Positions 1 through 12,100 of a DNA stretch of 64,000 nucleotides are shown here, one piece after another. A program made the translations under genes and the position numbers. How positions within the stretch are numbered: position 1 is the first letter of the stretch; every line of letters starts with the position of its first letter. The notes under the pieces are model-generated. The model was not told the DNA's origin. It saw nothing but the letters and a program-made list of their open reading frames with translations, and searched no databases. Origin of the DNA: Lama glama. Taxonomy: Eukaryota. The stretch lies in assembly GCA_028534125.1 (NCBI GenBank), contig CM052818.1:24926001-24990000 (forward strand), read 5' to 3'.

Positions 1-23
1 TTTTGATGCATGGAAGGGTAGGT

Positions 24-734
24 GTTTTTTTTTAATTGAAGAATAGTCAGTTTACAATGTTGTGTCAATTTCTGGTGTACAGCATAATGTTCCAGTCATA
101 CATACACATACATATATTTATTTTCATATTCTGTTTCATTATAGGTTACTGTAAGATATTGAATATAGTTCCTTGTGCTATACAGAAGAAACTTATTGTG
201 TATCTATTTTATATATAGTAGTTAGTATCTGCAAATCTTGAGCTCTCAATTTATCCCTTTCTACCCCCTCTCCCCCCTGGTAACTGTAAGTTTGTTTTCT
301 ATGTCTGTGAGTCTATTTCTGTTTTGTAAATAAGTTCATTTGTGTCTTTTTTTTAAGATTCCACAATGTAAGTGATATCATGTGGTAATTTTCTTTCTCT
401 TTCTGGCTTACTTCTCTTAGAATGACAATCTCCAGGTCCATGTATGTTGCTGCAAATGGCATTATTTCATTTTTAATAGCTGAGTAGTATTCCATTGTAT
501 AAATATACCACAACTTCTTTATCTAGTCATCTGTCAATGGACATTGAGGTTATTTCCATGTCTTGGCTGTTGTAAATAGTGCTGCTATGAACACTGGGGT
601 GCCTGTATCTTTTTGAATTGGAGTTCCCTCTGGATATATGCCCAGGAGTGGGATTGTTGGATCATATGGTTAAGTCTATTTTTAGTTTTTGGAGGAATTT
701 CCATACTGTTTTCCATATAATGGCTGCACCAAAC
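24..734 (-). mobile_element. 5'-truncated L1 (cetartiodactyl/camelid-type 3' end)
   Basis: Poly(T) at the left end, L1 3' UTR, and an ORF2 C-terminal remnant (WYIYTMEYYSAIKNEIMPFAAT). TSD tggaagggtaggt (11-23) / tggaaaggtaggt (735-747). Confidence 0.9.
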
Positions 735-1944
735 TGGAAAGGTAGGTTTTAGCTGTCTGGAAAACTCATCCTTTACTTCCTGATGCTTTAAATAAATCAT
801 AAAATGTAATAATTCAGAAAACTCTTTGAAATCATAAAGTCCGATCCTTTACTTTAAAAATGAGAAGGTGAGATTTAGAGAGGTTTAAATGAATTTTTGT
901 TTCACTTGCCAAGGTCCCACCAGTGGCAGAAAAGCTAAGACCAGACCAGTAGCTCCCAGTTCCCAGGGTTCCTCATCTCCCCACTCTCCTCATGGACACA
1001 GTCCCCTCTGTATATAAATGGTCATTAACAGCAGCAACACCAATGCTACTCTCCTCAATCACTTAAGCTTAGTCAGAGAACATGTCTCCTTCTCTTTGTA
1101 AAAACTGCTTTGAGTTATATGGTGGAATTTGCTGGTGCCTTTTCTTACAAATTCCATGAATATCACACTCCTTGTCATATGGTTACTACAGAGTAATTTC
1201 AGTCTCCAAGTTCATAGTCTCCCACGGATCTCGTAAGACTATTCCTAGTGTTACTGTTTGTAAAAGAGAACAAACAAAATCCCAAAAGAATGAGGAAACT
1301 TTCTAAGAAATATATTTTCCCAAATCAAGAGACCAAAGTTAAGACCAGTAGGGGATGACCTCCTCTCATTCTCCATGGAGGGGCCTCTCCCTGCTCTTCA
1401 TCATCACCATTCAGTGCAGTTTTGTTCACCTATTTTGAACAGGTTTTTTTCCCTCCTCTTAGATAATCTTCTAAGTCTTCCAAGTGATCAAAATGATGGG
1501 CCCAAGATGCGGTGGTACCCTCAACACCTTACACCATATCCATTCCATCTTTTGGAACTCACCCTCGGGCTCTCTCAATAAGAATCAGGCTGACCGCAAT
1601 GGGGAGGACACAGATGATTGTCTTATCTACCTAATCTCTGCTTTGTGGGGAAGGATTTAAGTAAAAACAACAGATCCAATCAAGCATCAGAAGTTGAGCA
1701 GGAGATTTGCCATTACCAGTATTGCCATGGATGGCTAACAAGGTTTATCTGGACATACACTTTCATCCACATAAATGAGAAAATTTGGAGTCAGGGGAAG
1801 TCATATCATGTTCAAAATTCTTGAGTAGGACTTTCAGTGAAATTAACTGTTATGCCAATTACAATATGTGGCAAGTCACCTGAAATATCATTTGAGGGGG
1901 GAAAAAAAGAAACAAATGAATAATCAAGATTCATTAAATGAATT

Positions 1945-2068
1945 AAAGAATATGAAAAGGCATATATGTATGTATATGTAGGACTGAAACATTGTGCTGT
2001 CCACCAGAAATTGACACACTGTGAACTGACTATACCTCAATAAAATAAAAGATATATCTCAAAAAAAA
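1945..2068 (+). mobile_element. Very short L1 3' end
   Basis: gaatatgaaaagg...tgtgctgtccaccagaaattgacac...A-tail, the same 3' end as the other L1 copies. Imperfect flanking repeat attcattaaatgaattaaag / attcataatatgaattaaag. Confidence 0.75.
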
Positions 2069-4329
2069 TTCATAATATGAATTAAAGTGATCAGATATAA
2101 CTTCCAGGTATTTAACACAGTGGATTGTTAAATTCAGAAAGCACATCTCTAAAACTTTTGAATAAAATGAATCATAATAGATAATTGTGGATTTCTCTTT
2201 GACTTCATGTGGATGGACTATGAGTATTAATACTCTCATGAAGCAAAAAAGGAATAAACCTAGAACTTTTTCCTGTGGTAACAAAGAAAAAGTATATGAT
2301 TTCCTTCTTTCATCAAAATCTTTCAAAAGTTCTTCAACGAAATTTAAAATGAGCAAGTAAGGCAAAATTTAAATTATACTATGCAATTTTCTAAAAGGTA
2401 CTCCTTTTCTGCTATTATGAACTCTAACTTCAGTTCCTAAAAACCAGATATAACTTATTATTATCAATTCCCTGGGAAATTATCTAAGAAGAGAAAAATT
2501 ATATAGTGGAGTCCTTTCAACCAAATGGCAAACACTGCTCCCACAGAAGAGAATTCCTGGAACAATATAGAAAGTCCTGCTCTCTCCTTTGAAAGCCTCA
2601 GGAAATGAAAAAGAAAATTAGCAATAAGAAAGCATGTCACATTCAAAAGAGCAAAGGAAAGACATGTGGGTGAACAACTGAAAAGAGAAAAAGGCTCTCA
2701 TGTTTGGAGCATCCTAACGCTTACCTGCTTCTGGAGAGAACTGACCTTTTTCTGTCCTTACACATTGCTGAGTTAATTAAGCTGCTGTTTTCTGGGCATC
2801 CTATAATTACAGCCAGTTAATGCTGCAAAAGACCCACCAGGTTACACCAATCCAACCTCTCTGTTTACAAATGAGAAGATGAAGACCTGCCGAGGTGAGG
2901 TGACTCACCCAAGGTCACACAGCTACTTAACAGCAGAGGGAAGCAGGTGCCTCAAGTCTGTGATTCTTGTCACCTCAATAAACTGCAAAATAAGCTTGCT
3001 GAGGAAGAGATCACTTCAGCACATCAGAAAAGCCTCCAGTCTGTTGGAGAGCTCTCTCTGCTTAAAGAGTCTGAAGAGCACTCTTGAACCCCATACGGTC
3101 CCCCAGGCTTTTTCCAGCATACAGGCGCCTCTGTCCTCAGATGTCTGACACAGCATCAGAATAGCCCAGCCAAGAGCCTGATGAAGGGGCAGCCTTTCAG
3201 TGATTCATTCTAGCTACTGGGGTTTCTGGTGAAAGCAAGTATGTAATTGGACTGGCAACAGTTTTATTGAAAAACAGAGTATTTAATAAGCCAAAAGTGT
3301 ACAAGGAAATACTTATAATAAACTTGGGAAAACCCTACCCATCTATTGATTTTCTAGTATTTGAAAAGCCACCCTGCTAGGTCCTGTGAAGAGAAGAGCG
3401 ACGAAGGAACAGTTCCTTGAAGGTGGGGACTTCCTATGGGGTATAAGCAGAAAGACAAGAAAATCGCAATAATAATGTAATCCTTCTATTAAGGATTAAG
3501 AACACTTTATGAGGAAAATCCTCCATAAAGAAGCATCCTGTTCATTTTACACCGATTTTTTGAAGACTTCAAAAATAAAAGCAACCATAAATGCTGTTTT
3601 TTAATATATACTACAATTACTGCTTTTTTTAAACATGCCAAGTACTTTGTCTTCTTTGAATTATTAGTGTCCTGGTCTCTGAAAGCTCAGAATAATTCTC
3701 TCTTCTCCTTGTCCTTGAACTGAACAAGAAATGCTGGAGAGGATGAAAAAGAATGGACCAGATATAACGGTGATTTCAATCAATCCAGTACAATTTTTTT
3801 CAACAGCTATTCAAGGGGAAGATTGCCATGTGTCAGATACTGAGCAGGGCAATGGCCGTCCCTGACCTTAAGGTAGGGGTGAAACAGACAAGGAAATAAA
3901 CCACAAGGCAATGTAGAAAGTACTATTCTAGAGGGAGGCACAGAGCACACTGGGGTCTCAGCATAACAGAGATTAATTCTGCAGGTAATGAGAGGTTAGA
4001 GGGAGAGTCAAGGAAATCTAGAGAGGAAATAGCAATAGCACTAGGAAGCTTTCAAAGAAGAGTGGCCAGATGCACAAGACGGGGTTTCAGCAGCAGAAGC
4101 AAGTTCCACGGTGACACAGAGTGAAGGGCATGTGCACTGAGGGAAGAGCAACTGGTCTGGTGGAGCCTCTTCCTAGATTCCATGGAGAAGTGTCTGAGTA
4201 CATAACTAGAGAGGGAGCTGGAGTCACATGGTGCAGGCTTTTTTATGACCTGCAAAGAAGTTTGGGCATGCAGTTGTGGGCGGTGGAAATCCGTCAAGAG
4301 ATTTTTGGGTTGGTTTGGTTTGGTTTTGA

Positions 4330-4830
4330 TCATATTCACCGTTTTAAAGTGTGTAACTCCTTTGCATTTAGTACATTGTGCAACCATTCTATCTCCAGAA
4401 CATTTCCATCAACCCAAAAGAAAACCCTATCCCCATGAAGCAGTCAGTCCCCACTCCTCCCTCCTTGTTTTCTGTCTCTGTGGATCGGCTTACTCTGGAC
4501 AACTCATATAAATGGAATCATGCAATACTTTGCTTTTTGTGTCTGGCTTCTTTCACTTAGTCCAATGTTTTCACAGTTCATCCGGGTTGTAGCATGTATC
4601 AGTACATCATTCCTTTTGGGGGCTGAATAATGTTCCACTATATAAATACAACACATTTTGTTGATCCGTTCACCAGCTCATGGACATCTAGTTTGTATCT
4701 ACCTTTTGGCTACTGTGAATAGTGCTGCTACAAACATTCCCATGTAACTTTTTGCTGGAGTCCCTGTTTTGGTCTATTCCTAGGAGTGGAATTGCTGGAT
4801 CATTTGGTAAATCTATTTTTAACTTGTTGG
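4330..4830 (-). mobile_element. Older L1 (L1MB-like) 3' fragment
   Basis: Typical L1 antisense text: catataaatggaatcatgcaata...gtctggcttctttcacttag...ggctactgtgaatagtgctgct...ggaattgctggatc. Confidence 0.8.
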
Positions 4831-5667
4831 GGGGAATCCATCAGTCAGTGGTTTTTAATCAAAGGAAAGACGTGATGAAGGTTGTATTTTAGAAAGAGAA
4901 ATGTACCTATTAGATATTGAAAGAAACAAGATCCCATAGAGTTAGTTCCCCAAAGAGTCACCAAATAGTTGCTCATTTGCTCCTTCCTGCTTTCCTTTCT
5001 TCCCTGCCTCCTCACTTACTTTTTTTCTTTTTGAACCTACAAATTGGCAGGCAATCTGGTGGACCAAATATATGTCCTCCCACATACCTTGTGGCTCTAC
5101 ACCATCTTCTGAGGCTTCTGCGCTCAAATCCTGCTAACTCAGCCCATCTGCCACAGTTCAGATTGTTTTCTTGCTTTGTAACTCCTGCTCTAAAGAGGCA
5201 TCGGGCTTCAACAAATAGGCCTCTCAGTTTCAAAGGAGAGGTCCAGGAGGAGCACAGCAAGTCCATCAGGAAAGGTGAAGTGCCCTGGAGTGGTTTGACT
5301 TGAACATTCCCGCCAAGGTGCCTGGGCTTCATCTTAATACACGCGCCCTCCATCCCACTCCAAACACAGACTCGTATGTTGCTAAACCACCACTTCCTCA
5401 GGTGGCCTTCCAGGCTTGTAACACTGCCCTCATCAAGTCCAATGTGTGCTAAACTGACAGCAACTGCACTATCAGATCTTAAGAGTACATCGATATCCCC
5501 ACAAATGCACAATTTTAAACACTTTGCATTCCATCTTTTTAAGTGCAATTATGAATAAGCCTCCTCAAAAATAACCATGCAGTCTCTGGGTTACTAGAGA
5601 TTAAAGAGTCACAAACAGCACTTCAAAAAGCAAAGCACAGGGCTTTCAGGGTGCTTCCAAATGCCCA

Positions 5668-6429
5668 TGAGGAACAGAAGAATATGCCACTTTGGCATAA
5701 GAATTATATTGAGCTGAAGGCAACTGAGAAGCAGATACAAGGAAAGCTCCCTGCCCTTCCCCTATTTTGCCTAAAATAATTTCTGTTATTTGGATCTAAA
5801 TTTGTAAAGATGCCCCCTCCTTCTCTCTACCAGGAAGGACAGAAACTTATTACTGGAGATAACTCTAGACCCTTATCAGTCCAGAGATGGTACCAGAAGA
5901 ACCCTCATAGCAATCCTTGCTCATACTAGCCCTTATCCACCATTAGTTTCTCCTTATATTTGCCTTCCCACAATTTGTCAGCCCTAGAAACTCAGTCCTT
6001 TTCCTTTGTCTTGTCAGTTCTCTAAAACTTTATTGCTCTTTCACTAAGATGCCATATAAGATAAAAAGCAAATTTCTTCTGTATAGAACAGGGAACTATG
6101 TTCAATATCTTATAACAATCTTTAATGAAAAAGAAAGTAAAAACAAATATGTATATATAAGCATGACTGGGACACTATGCTGTACACCAGAAACTGACAC
6201 ATTATAACTGACTATACTTCAATTAAAAAAAAAAAAGATGCCACATAATTCCAAGTTCTATCCACCCCTTTGAGTTACCCAACTCTGAGGGCTCTATATG
6301 CATGATGCACATGTGAGTGACTTCTGTGTATTTTTCTCTTGTTAATCTGTCTTTTGTCAGTCCATTTATAGGGACCCAACCTGAGAACGCAGGAATCTAG
6401 AGGGAAAAAGATGTTTTTCCTCCCCTATT
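5668..6429 (+). mobile_element. ERV1 solo LTR, MER34-like (interrupted by L1 at 6060-6234)
   Basis: Starts TGAGG..gaatatgccactttggcataag..gagctgaaggcaa and ends ..tttttcctccccta. Flanked by a perfect 4-bp TSD CCCA (5664-5667 / 6430-6433). Confidence 0.75.
6060..6234 (+). mobile_element. Short L1 3' end nested in the LTR
   Basis: L1 3' UTR with poly(A). TSD aagatgccatataa (6046-6059) / aagatgccacataa (6235-6248). Confidence 0.88.
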
Positions 6430-6563
6430 CCCATCAAGGCAGGATGTGGAGAGAGGATGTGCTAAATCTTGAAGAATGGCTAGAAATCAGGTTCTCCTCT
6501 CAGCCAGATTCTACCCATAGAATGATCCCAGATAGGACGGGACTGCCATTTGGACCTCCCTGC

Positions 6564-7127
6564 TGTGGTGGACACTATGGCTGTGTACACAACATCCTCA
6601 CTTCCTTAGCTAAAAATAGCCAGACTTTGTTCAGGGGTCAGGCAGGCAAGTGCTTCCTGGGGAGAATGAACCCTTAGCCTCCATAAGGGGGGAGCTTGAT
6701 TGGCCTAAGGGAATCATCGTAATCCCATTCTACTTGCCAGGGGTTGGTTTAAGAATGGTCATGTGACATAATTCTGGCCAATGAGATCCCTGGGAAGTCT
6801 GCTGAGAGACTTCTGGGAAATTACATTCATTGTAAGAATGGTTTACCAAAAAAGTGCACGGCCTCTCTCCTGCTTTAGCCTTTGCACTATTCCTGTGTGA
6901 GGAAGTGACTGACAGCCCAGCTGGTGACCAGCAAGAGACAAACCTGAAGGCCAATCACCCATGTTGGAACAACTAAAGCCCAAGAGAAGTCAATCTTTAA
7001 TTAATCAGCCTCGGCACAGGCTACTCTAGACTTAATGTTATGTGAGGGGATACATTTATTTTATAGGTTAAGCCATTTTTATTTAGGTTTTCTGTTATTT
7101 GGCACTAAAAGATCCTTAGCTGTTAAA
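6564..7127 (+). mobile_element. MaLR solo LTR (MLT1J/K-like)
   Basis: ggtcatgtgacataattctggccaatgaga..ggaagtctgctg..ttctgggaaa and the 3' end gacttaatgttatgtgag..taagcca..ttttctgttattt resemble old MLT1 LTRs. Confidence 0.6.
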
Positions 7128-9030
7128 CCCACCTATGTGAGCGGGTAAATGTTTATCAAGCACTTTATTAACTGCATTTTGAAAAACTAGACTCACAACC
7201 CAAATTATAATGTTTCCTACCTAATCAGAAATGCTTCCGTACCTGACCTTTTCAGGAATAAAAACAACTCCAGAAAGCTACTTACATGTGAGAATACTTG
7301 GCCAGGAGGGGAAAAAAAAACAGGTCTGCCATGTTAGCCTACAAACAGAACTAGGAAAGTGCACAAACAAGAACTGTGTGATAATTCAGAAATAAAAACA
7401 CTCTCTGAAGAAGACCCCTGCCACAAATTTCCAAAATGAAAATCTAGGGCATGTTAGTAAGAAGCACTCAATTTCCCCCAAGGCATAATCAAATACAGCA
7501 GCAGAATCATCTTACGTGTGGTTTACTGAATGGTGAATTGCTCTGTTTAATGCCTCTCAGGGGCTCTCAGACATATTTATTTCAATAACTCAGTCACATT
7601 TGGAGGACATATCAAACTGACCTTTTATGATTTCTCCCGTCATTTTTTTTAAACTTTCTCAAATTAGGTGTGTTGGGACCGGTTCAGCAGACTAACAGGT
7701 AATGAGTTATTTTAATACAGCTCCCAATTTCCAAATCAGTGGTGGTGCCTGGCGATGACTTTGGGAAACTGAAGTAGCCATGCTCACAGTAGCCATCAGC
7801 TCCCTGTACAAGCCTCACCCCTAAAAATTAGACAATCTGGATAAAGCCCCCACTTCCACGGCCAATCAGACTGCAGTCTCTAAGCCTCTTCTGACACAAG
7901 ATCAAAGCGCCTCCCCTATCCAAATGACAGACTCTTGTTTCATAAATTAAAATTGATTTGAGATTATGCTGATGACAACATCCCTTCCTTCGCAGGTATT
8001 CTGAAAATACACTTTCAGAGAGAAATGGAGGGAGTTATGATGTAATTGACAGGCACGTGAAGCACACGTGAAAATCACCTATCACCGCATCATAGTGAAA
8101 AAAACTGGGTGAGGATCACGGCTCAAAGCTCCTTTCAACTCTATGAATCTTTGATTCTACATGTGCTTACTCATTTTCCTCCAACCAATTTGAGTTTCTT
8201 TCAGAAAGAAAAAGGTAACCCTTGAGAAAAAAGGGAAAAAAACACATGACTTTGATGTTTCTTCAGCGGGTATCTTTCGGCTGGATTTTATCTTTCACTG
8301 CTGAATAGTAAACGGTTTCCTTGTGCCTTATTTGTTTTGTTTGTTTTAAACATCTGAACAAAAAGACAGTATTTTTCAGAAATGTCCATGTTAGCAGTCA
8401 CTGTCACTCTTCCTGCCACTCAAGTTCAGCCTCTTTATTTTTGTAGTATCTGTTAGTTTTAGTTTCCTTCAACGAATACTTCCATTTTCTGAACACAAAG
8501 TTTCCCCAAAATATGTTAGACGCTGAGGATTAAATCACCTGGAATAAGTGATTAAGTACCGGTGGCATACAACATACACTAAGCTTCCATTGGTGCAGAC
8601 TCGGTGATTCTCAACGGCCATTATATTTTTGGTTTCTTCCCCTCTACAGTTTACTTTCCACTATGTCAAACTGTCACTCTCATGATCAGTTCCACAATTC
8701 TTCAGTCACTTGACAGGTGATCAGCTCTCTTGTTTTTCAGGGTAACTTCCTTGAATACCATTTAACAGGATGTACAGGCTTAAAATGCCACAACAACTCG
8801 AAGCATTACTAGAAGTAGTTTTCAAAATTGTGAGAACATAAGAATGCTAATTCAAACTCAAATTACCCATCAGCCACCTCCTCAGATGTTCTTCCTCACT
8901 ACTCTGGGTGTAGTTAGAGAAAGCATAACCTCACAGGACGAGTAGGACATAGCACCCATCTTCTTCACTAAGCAGCCTCATTTTCAAAAAGCATTTCTTT
9001 TCAACACCCAGGAACATTGCTGAGTGATTT

Positions 9031-9172
9031 TTTTTATAACTTCACATTTTAAGTTTATTATGGGGGGAGGTAATTAGGTTTTAATTAATTTTTTTAATGA
9101 TGGTACCAGGGATTGAACCCAGGACCTTGTGCATACTAAGCACGCACTCCACCACTGAGTTATACCCTCCCC
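9031..9172 (-). mobile_element. Camelid tRNA-derived SINE (Vic-1-like)
   Basis: Reverse complement reads GGGGAGGGTATAACTCAGTGGTGGGAGTGCGTGCTTAGTATGCACAAGGTCCTGGGTTCAATCCCTGGTACC (A and B boxes). Approximate TSD ctgagtgattt / ctgactgattt. Confidence 0.85.
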
Positions 9173-12100
9173 ATCCTGACTGATTTCTGAGTGAAGCAAA
9201 TGCTCACATCCCCTACACCAAATTAAAATGTCTCAAAATGGATGCAAAAGAGATCCAATTCACAGATAGCCTCCCGCCTCTATCCCCACCCCAACTCTCC
9301 CAACCTTGCCTGTTACAGACCCTAAGTATGCAAGTCAGTGCTTACTGGAGTGGCAGTTGGACTCATGGGTGTTGATTTACAGTTGAGCGACCTATTGTAA
9401 AGGGACAATTAAACCTTCTGGAATTATCTATATATTAAGAATTTCCCACGGATATTTCTGGAATCGCTTCCCTGTCTGCCTGTGTGGTATCAAATAACCT
9501 GGAAAAGCCAAAAGGGAACACATGACATCCTTTTGATCCCTAGAGGAGGAATGAGTTGATTGATTTTTACCTATGAACAAAATACTTAGACATCTGAACA
9601 ATGGGGGACATCCAGCAAGTTATAGAAAATAATTCAGTGTGTCCCCAGTAAGTCAAGATACCAGAAACTGAAATATGGTTTGTATTGTTCCCCCTTTTCA
9701 CTTGCTAATGCGTTCCCTGATGGGTGTCCCCATGACATTATTGTTTGGTCTGCAATCAGCTTATCTGGCTGAGTTACAAGAAAGATGGAGAACAGCCTGC
9801 AGTTTCGCGTTACTCTGCAGCAAACAAAGGCTGTCAGCTTCATGACGGCCCAGGCAGACTCTCTCATGCTCCAAAAAGTTCAGTCACATGCTTTTAGTTA
9901 AAACTTGCAATAAACAGATTAATCACTGCAATCACTTTTAACCACAGGGAAATGCTGCAAGAAGGCAAAAAAAAAAAAAACCCAAATAAACTGTCATACA
10001 TTTTACCAGGTTTTGAAGATAAAGTCCATTTTCTATTGACAAATGCCTTTATTTTGATAAAAATCGTTACCACCAGTTGTGCAAAGCTTTCAGCAATAGC
10101 AATGGTGTGAGGTTTTAAAAAAAATATCAATTGGAGAAGAGACTAATTTGTTAAACCTCAAGCAAGTCTACAGGGTTGAAATGATCTTATCTGAATTGCC
10201 CCAATCTATTGAGCTAATGTATTATTCCAAAGGAGATATATTTGCTATCTGTATTATCTGCCAAAGTTCCAGTTTGGTTGTTTTCAGCTTCTTCCTTTCA
10301 TTTCACCAGTTGCAAGAGGGAGGGAAGTGAAGGGGGTGAGCATATTTGGTTATTTTTATTGCAAATAATACAAGGAAATAGGCTTCAGGTGGTCACACAA
10401 TTGACTATCAAAGAAGGACAGTGGAACCCCTCTGAAAGATAAGGTGCACACAGGAAAGGTGGCCTCAAGGAATAAGGAGACAGCCAACCCGAGGTCATGG
10501 CTTGCTTGGCAGAGGTCACGGATCAGTTATCCGGGGTAGACTGCACTGCAGGTGCACTAGAAGATGGAAGGAGAGTTCACTCTTGGTAACTGTTGGGAAA
10601 ACCCTGTGACCTGCCTAGAGTTCTTCAATGTTGCCACGCATGGTCTCACACTTAGCACTGGCACTGGGTGTCTCCCCTCAATGAAATGTAACTTCCAGAC
10701 GCTCCACCAACAAAAGCCTATCTTCTGTGACAATCGAGAACACTTGCAATTACGAGCAGTCTGCCTGATGGGGTCTGAGGGCTCTTTTTGAGCTCTGAAG
10801 AAAAAAAATCAGGAGCTAAGGAAGAAATCGCAGTGATGGGGGGATAAGTGATGTGAATTTCTATGACACAGCCAAAAAATCTTCTTTTTTCTCCCCCCCA
10901 AGGCCATTGCTAAATGTTATCTATAAGACATGGCAAATAGAAATGTCATTGATTCTGGCAATTTTGATGACAAACCACTTAAAGCACCATCCACTTTTAG
11001 CATTTCTAAATCACTTTTAAGAGATGACTTCCCTGGGCAGATGGAAAGGATGGGATCAGGTGTCTTTTTTGGATAGCAGGATGGCAAGTAAGAATTTAAT
11101 TTCTCTGCAAGATAACCTTCAGGAGTGTTAGCAAGAGGCTGTGTTGAAACATAGGTTATCACACTTGGGTCTGTTCAGCCTCAAGACACTGTGGGACAAA
11201 ACTACAAATCTAGTCATGAAGATTTGTGTAGTATGAGCTTGCAGTTGTTTAATCAAAAAGGCACAGGTAACACTGTGCCTAGTGTCAGGCATGATACAGA
11301 AATAAAACGCATCTTCTTCTCTCCTATGTACGAGATGAGTATGTGTGATACAGCGGTGGACTGGAAGTCCCATCGTAGAGTTCAGCCATGATGGGAAAAA
11401 ATGCTCCTTCTTCTGCCCAGATGAGAAACTCGACTTTGCTGATGGGCAATGGGAAAAGGAGTCTTCCGACGGAATGTGTACATGCTGGCGGGCACACAAG
11501 CAGTTCTCTGGAATGTGGGTAGGGTGAAAACAGTTGAACTTCTATTTCTATTTATTACCACATCCCTTCGAAGTTTGCTTTCACCTGTGCTCTATGATGT
11601 GTATGTTAGTACAGTCCATGCACCTAGGTTTAAAATGAGTAAATCTCAGTGACAAAGAGTGATGCTTAAAACAATTTTGGAGACCACTTGCCTTGAGAAT
11701 TACAGAAAGGAAAAGGAAGTCTTAATGATACCCTTGGAACCCCCAAAACTGAGGAACCCCTATGCCAGCAGCATCTTCTGGTTCAAGAGAAGGTCCGTGA
11801 ACAGTATGTGAACAAATGGGTCAGGAAGAAGAAAGAGTACTAGTCTCTCAGATTTCCCAGATACATCTGCTCTTGGGAGATAATTATTCTAACACAATGA
11901 TACTTTGGTCTACAAACAAGCTGAAGAAAATCATCAATCTGTTTCTTCTGTGTCAGGTAGAACTTGGTGGGTCCTACACAGACTATTAATTTCATGGAAA
12001 ATAAGCCAACAGGGGAAACAGATAAATCATTAGCAGACTGAAGAAGAGACCCAATGAATTCCAACCAATTCTCCTACTTTCTTTTTCTTGCAGAGAGCAA

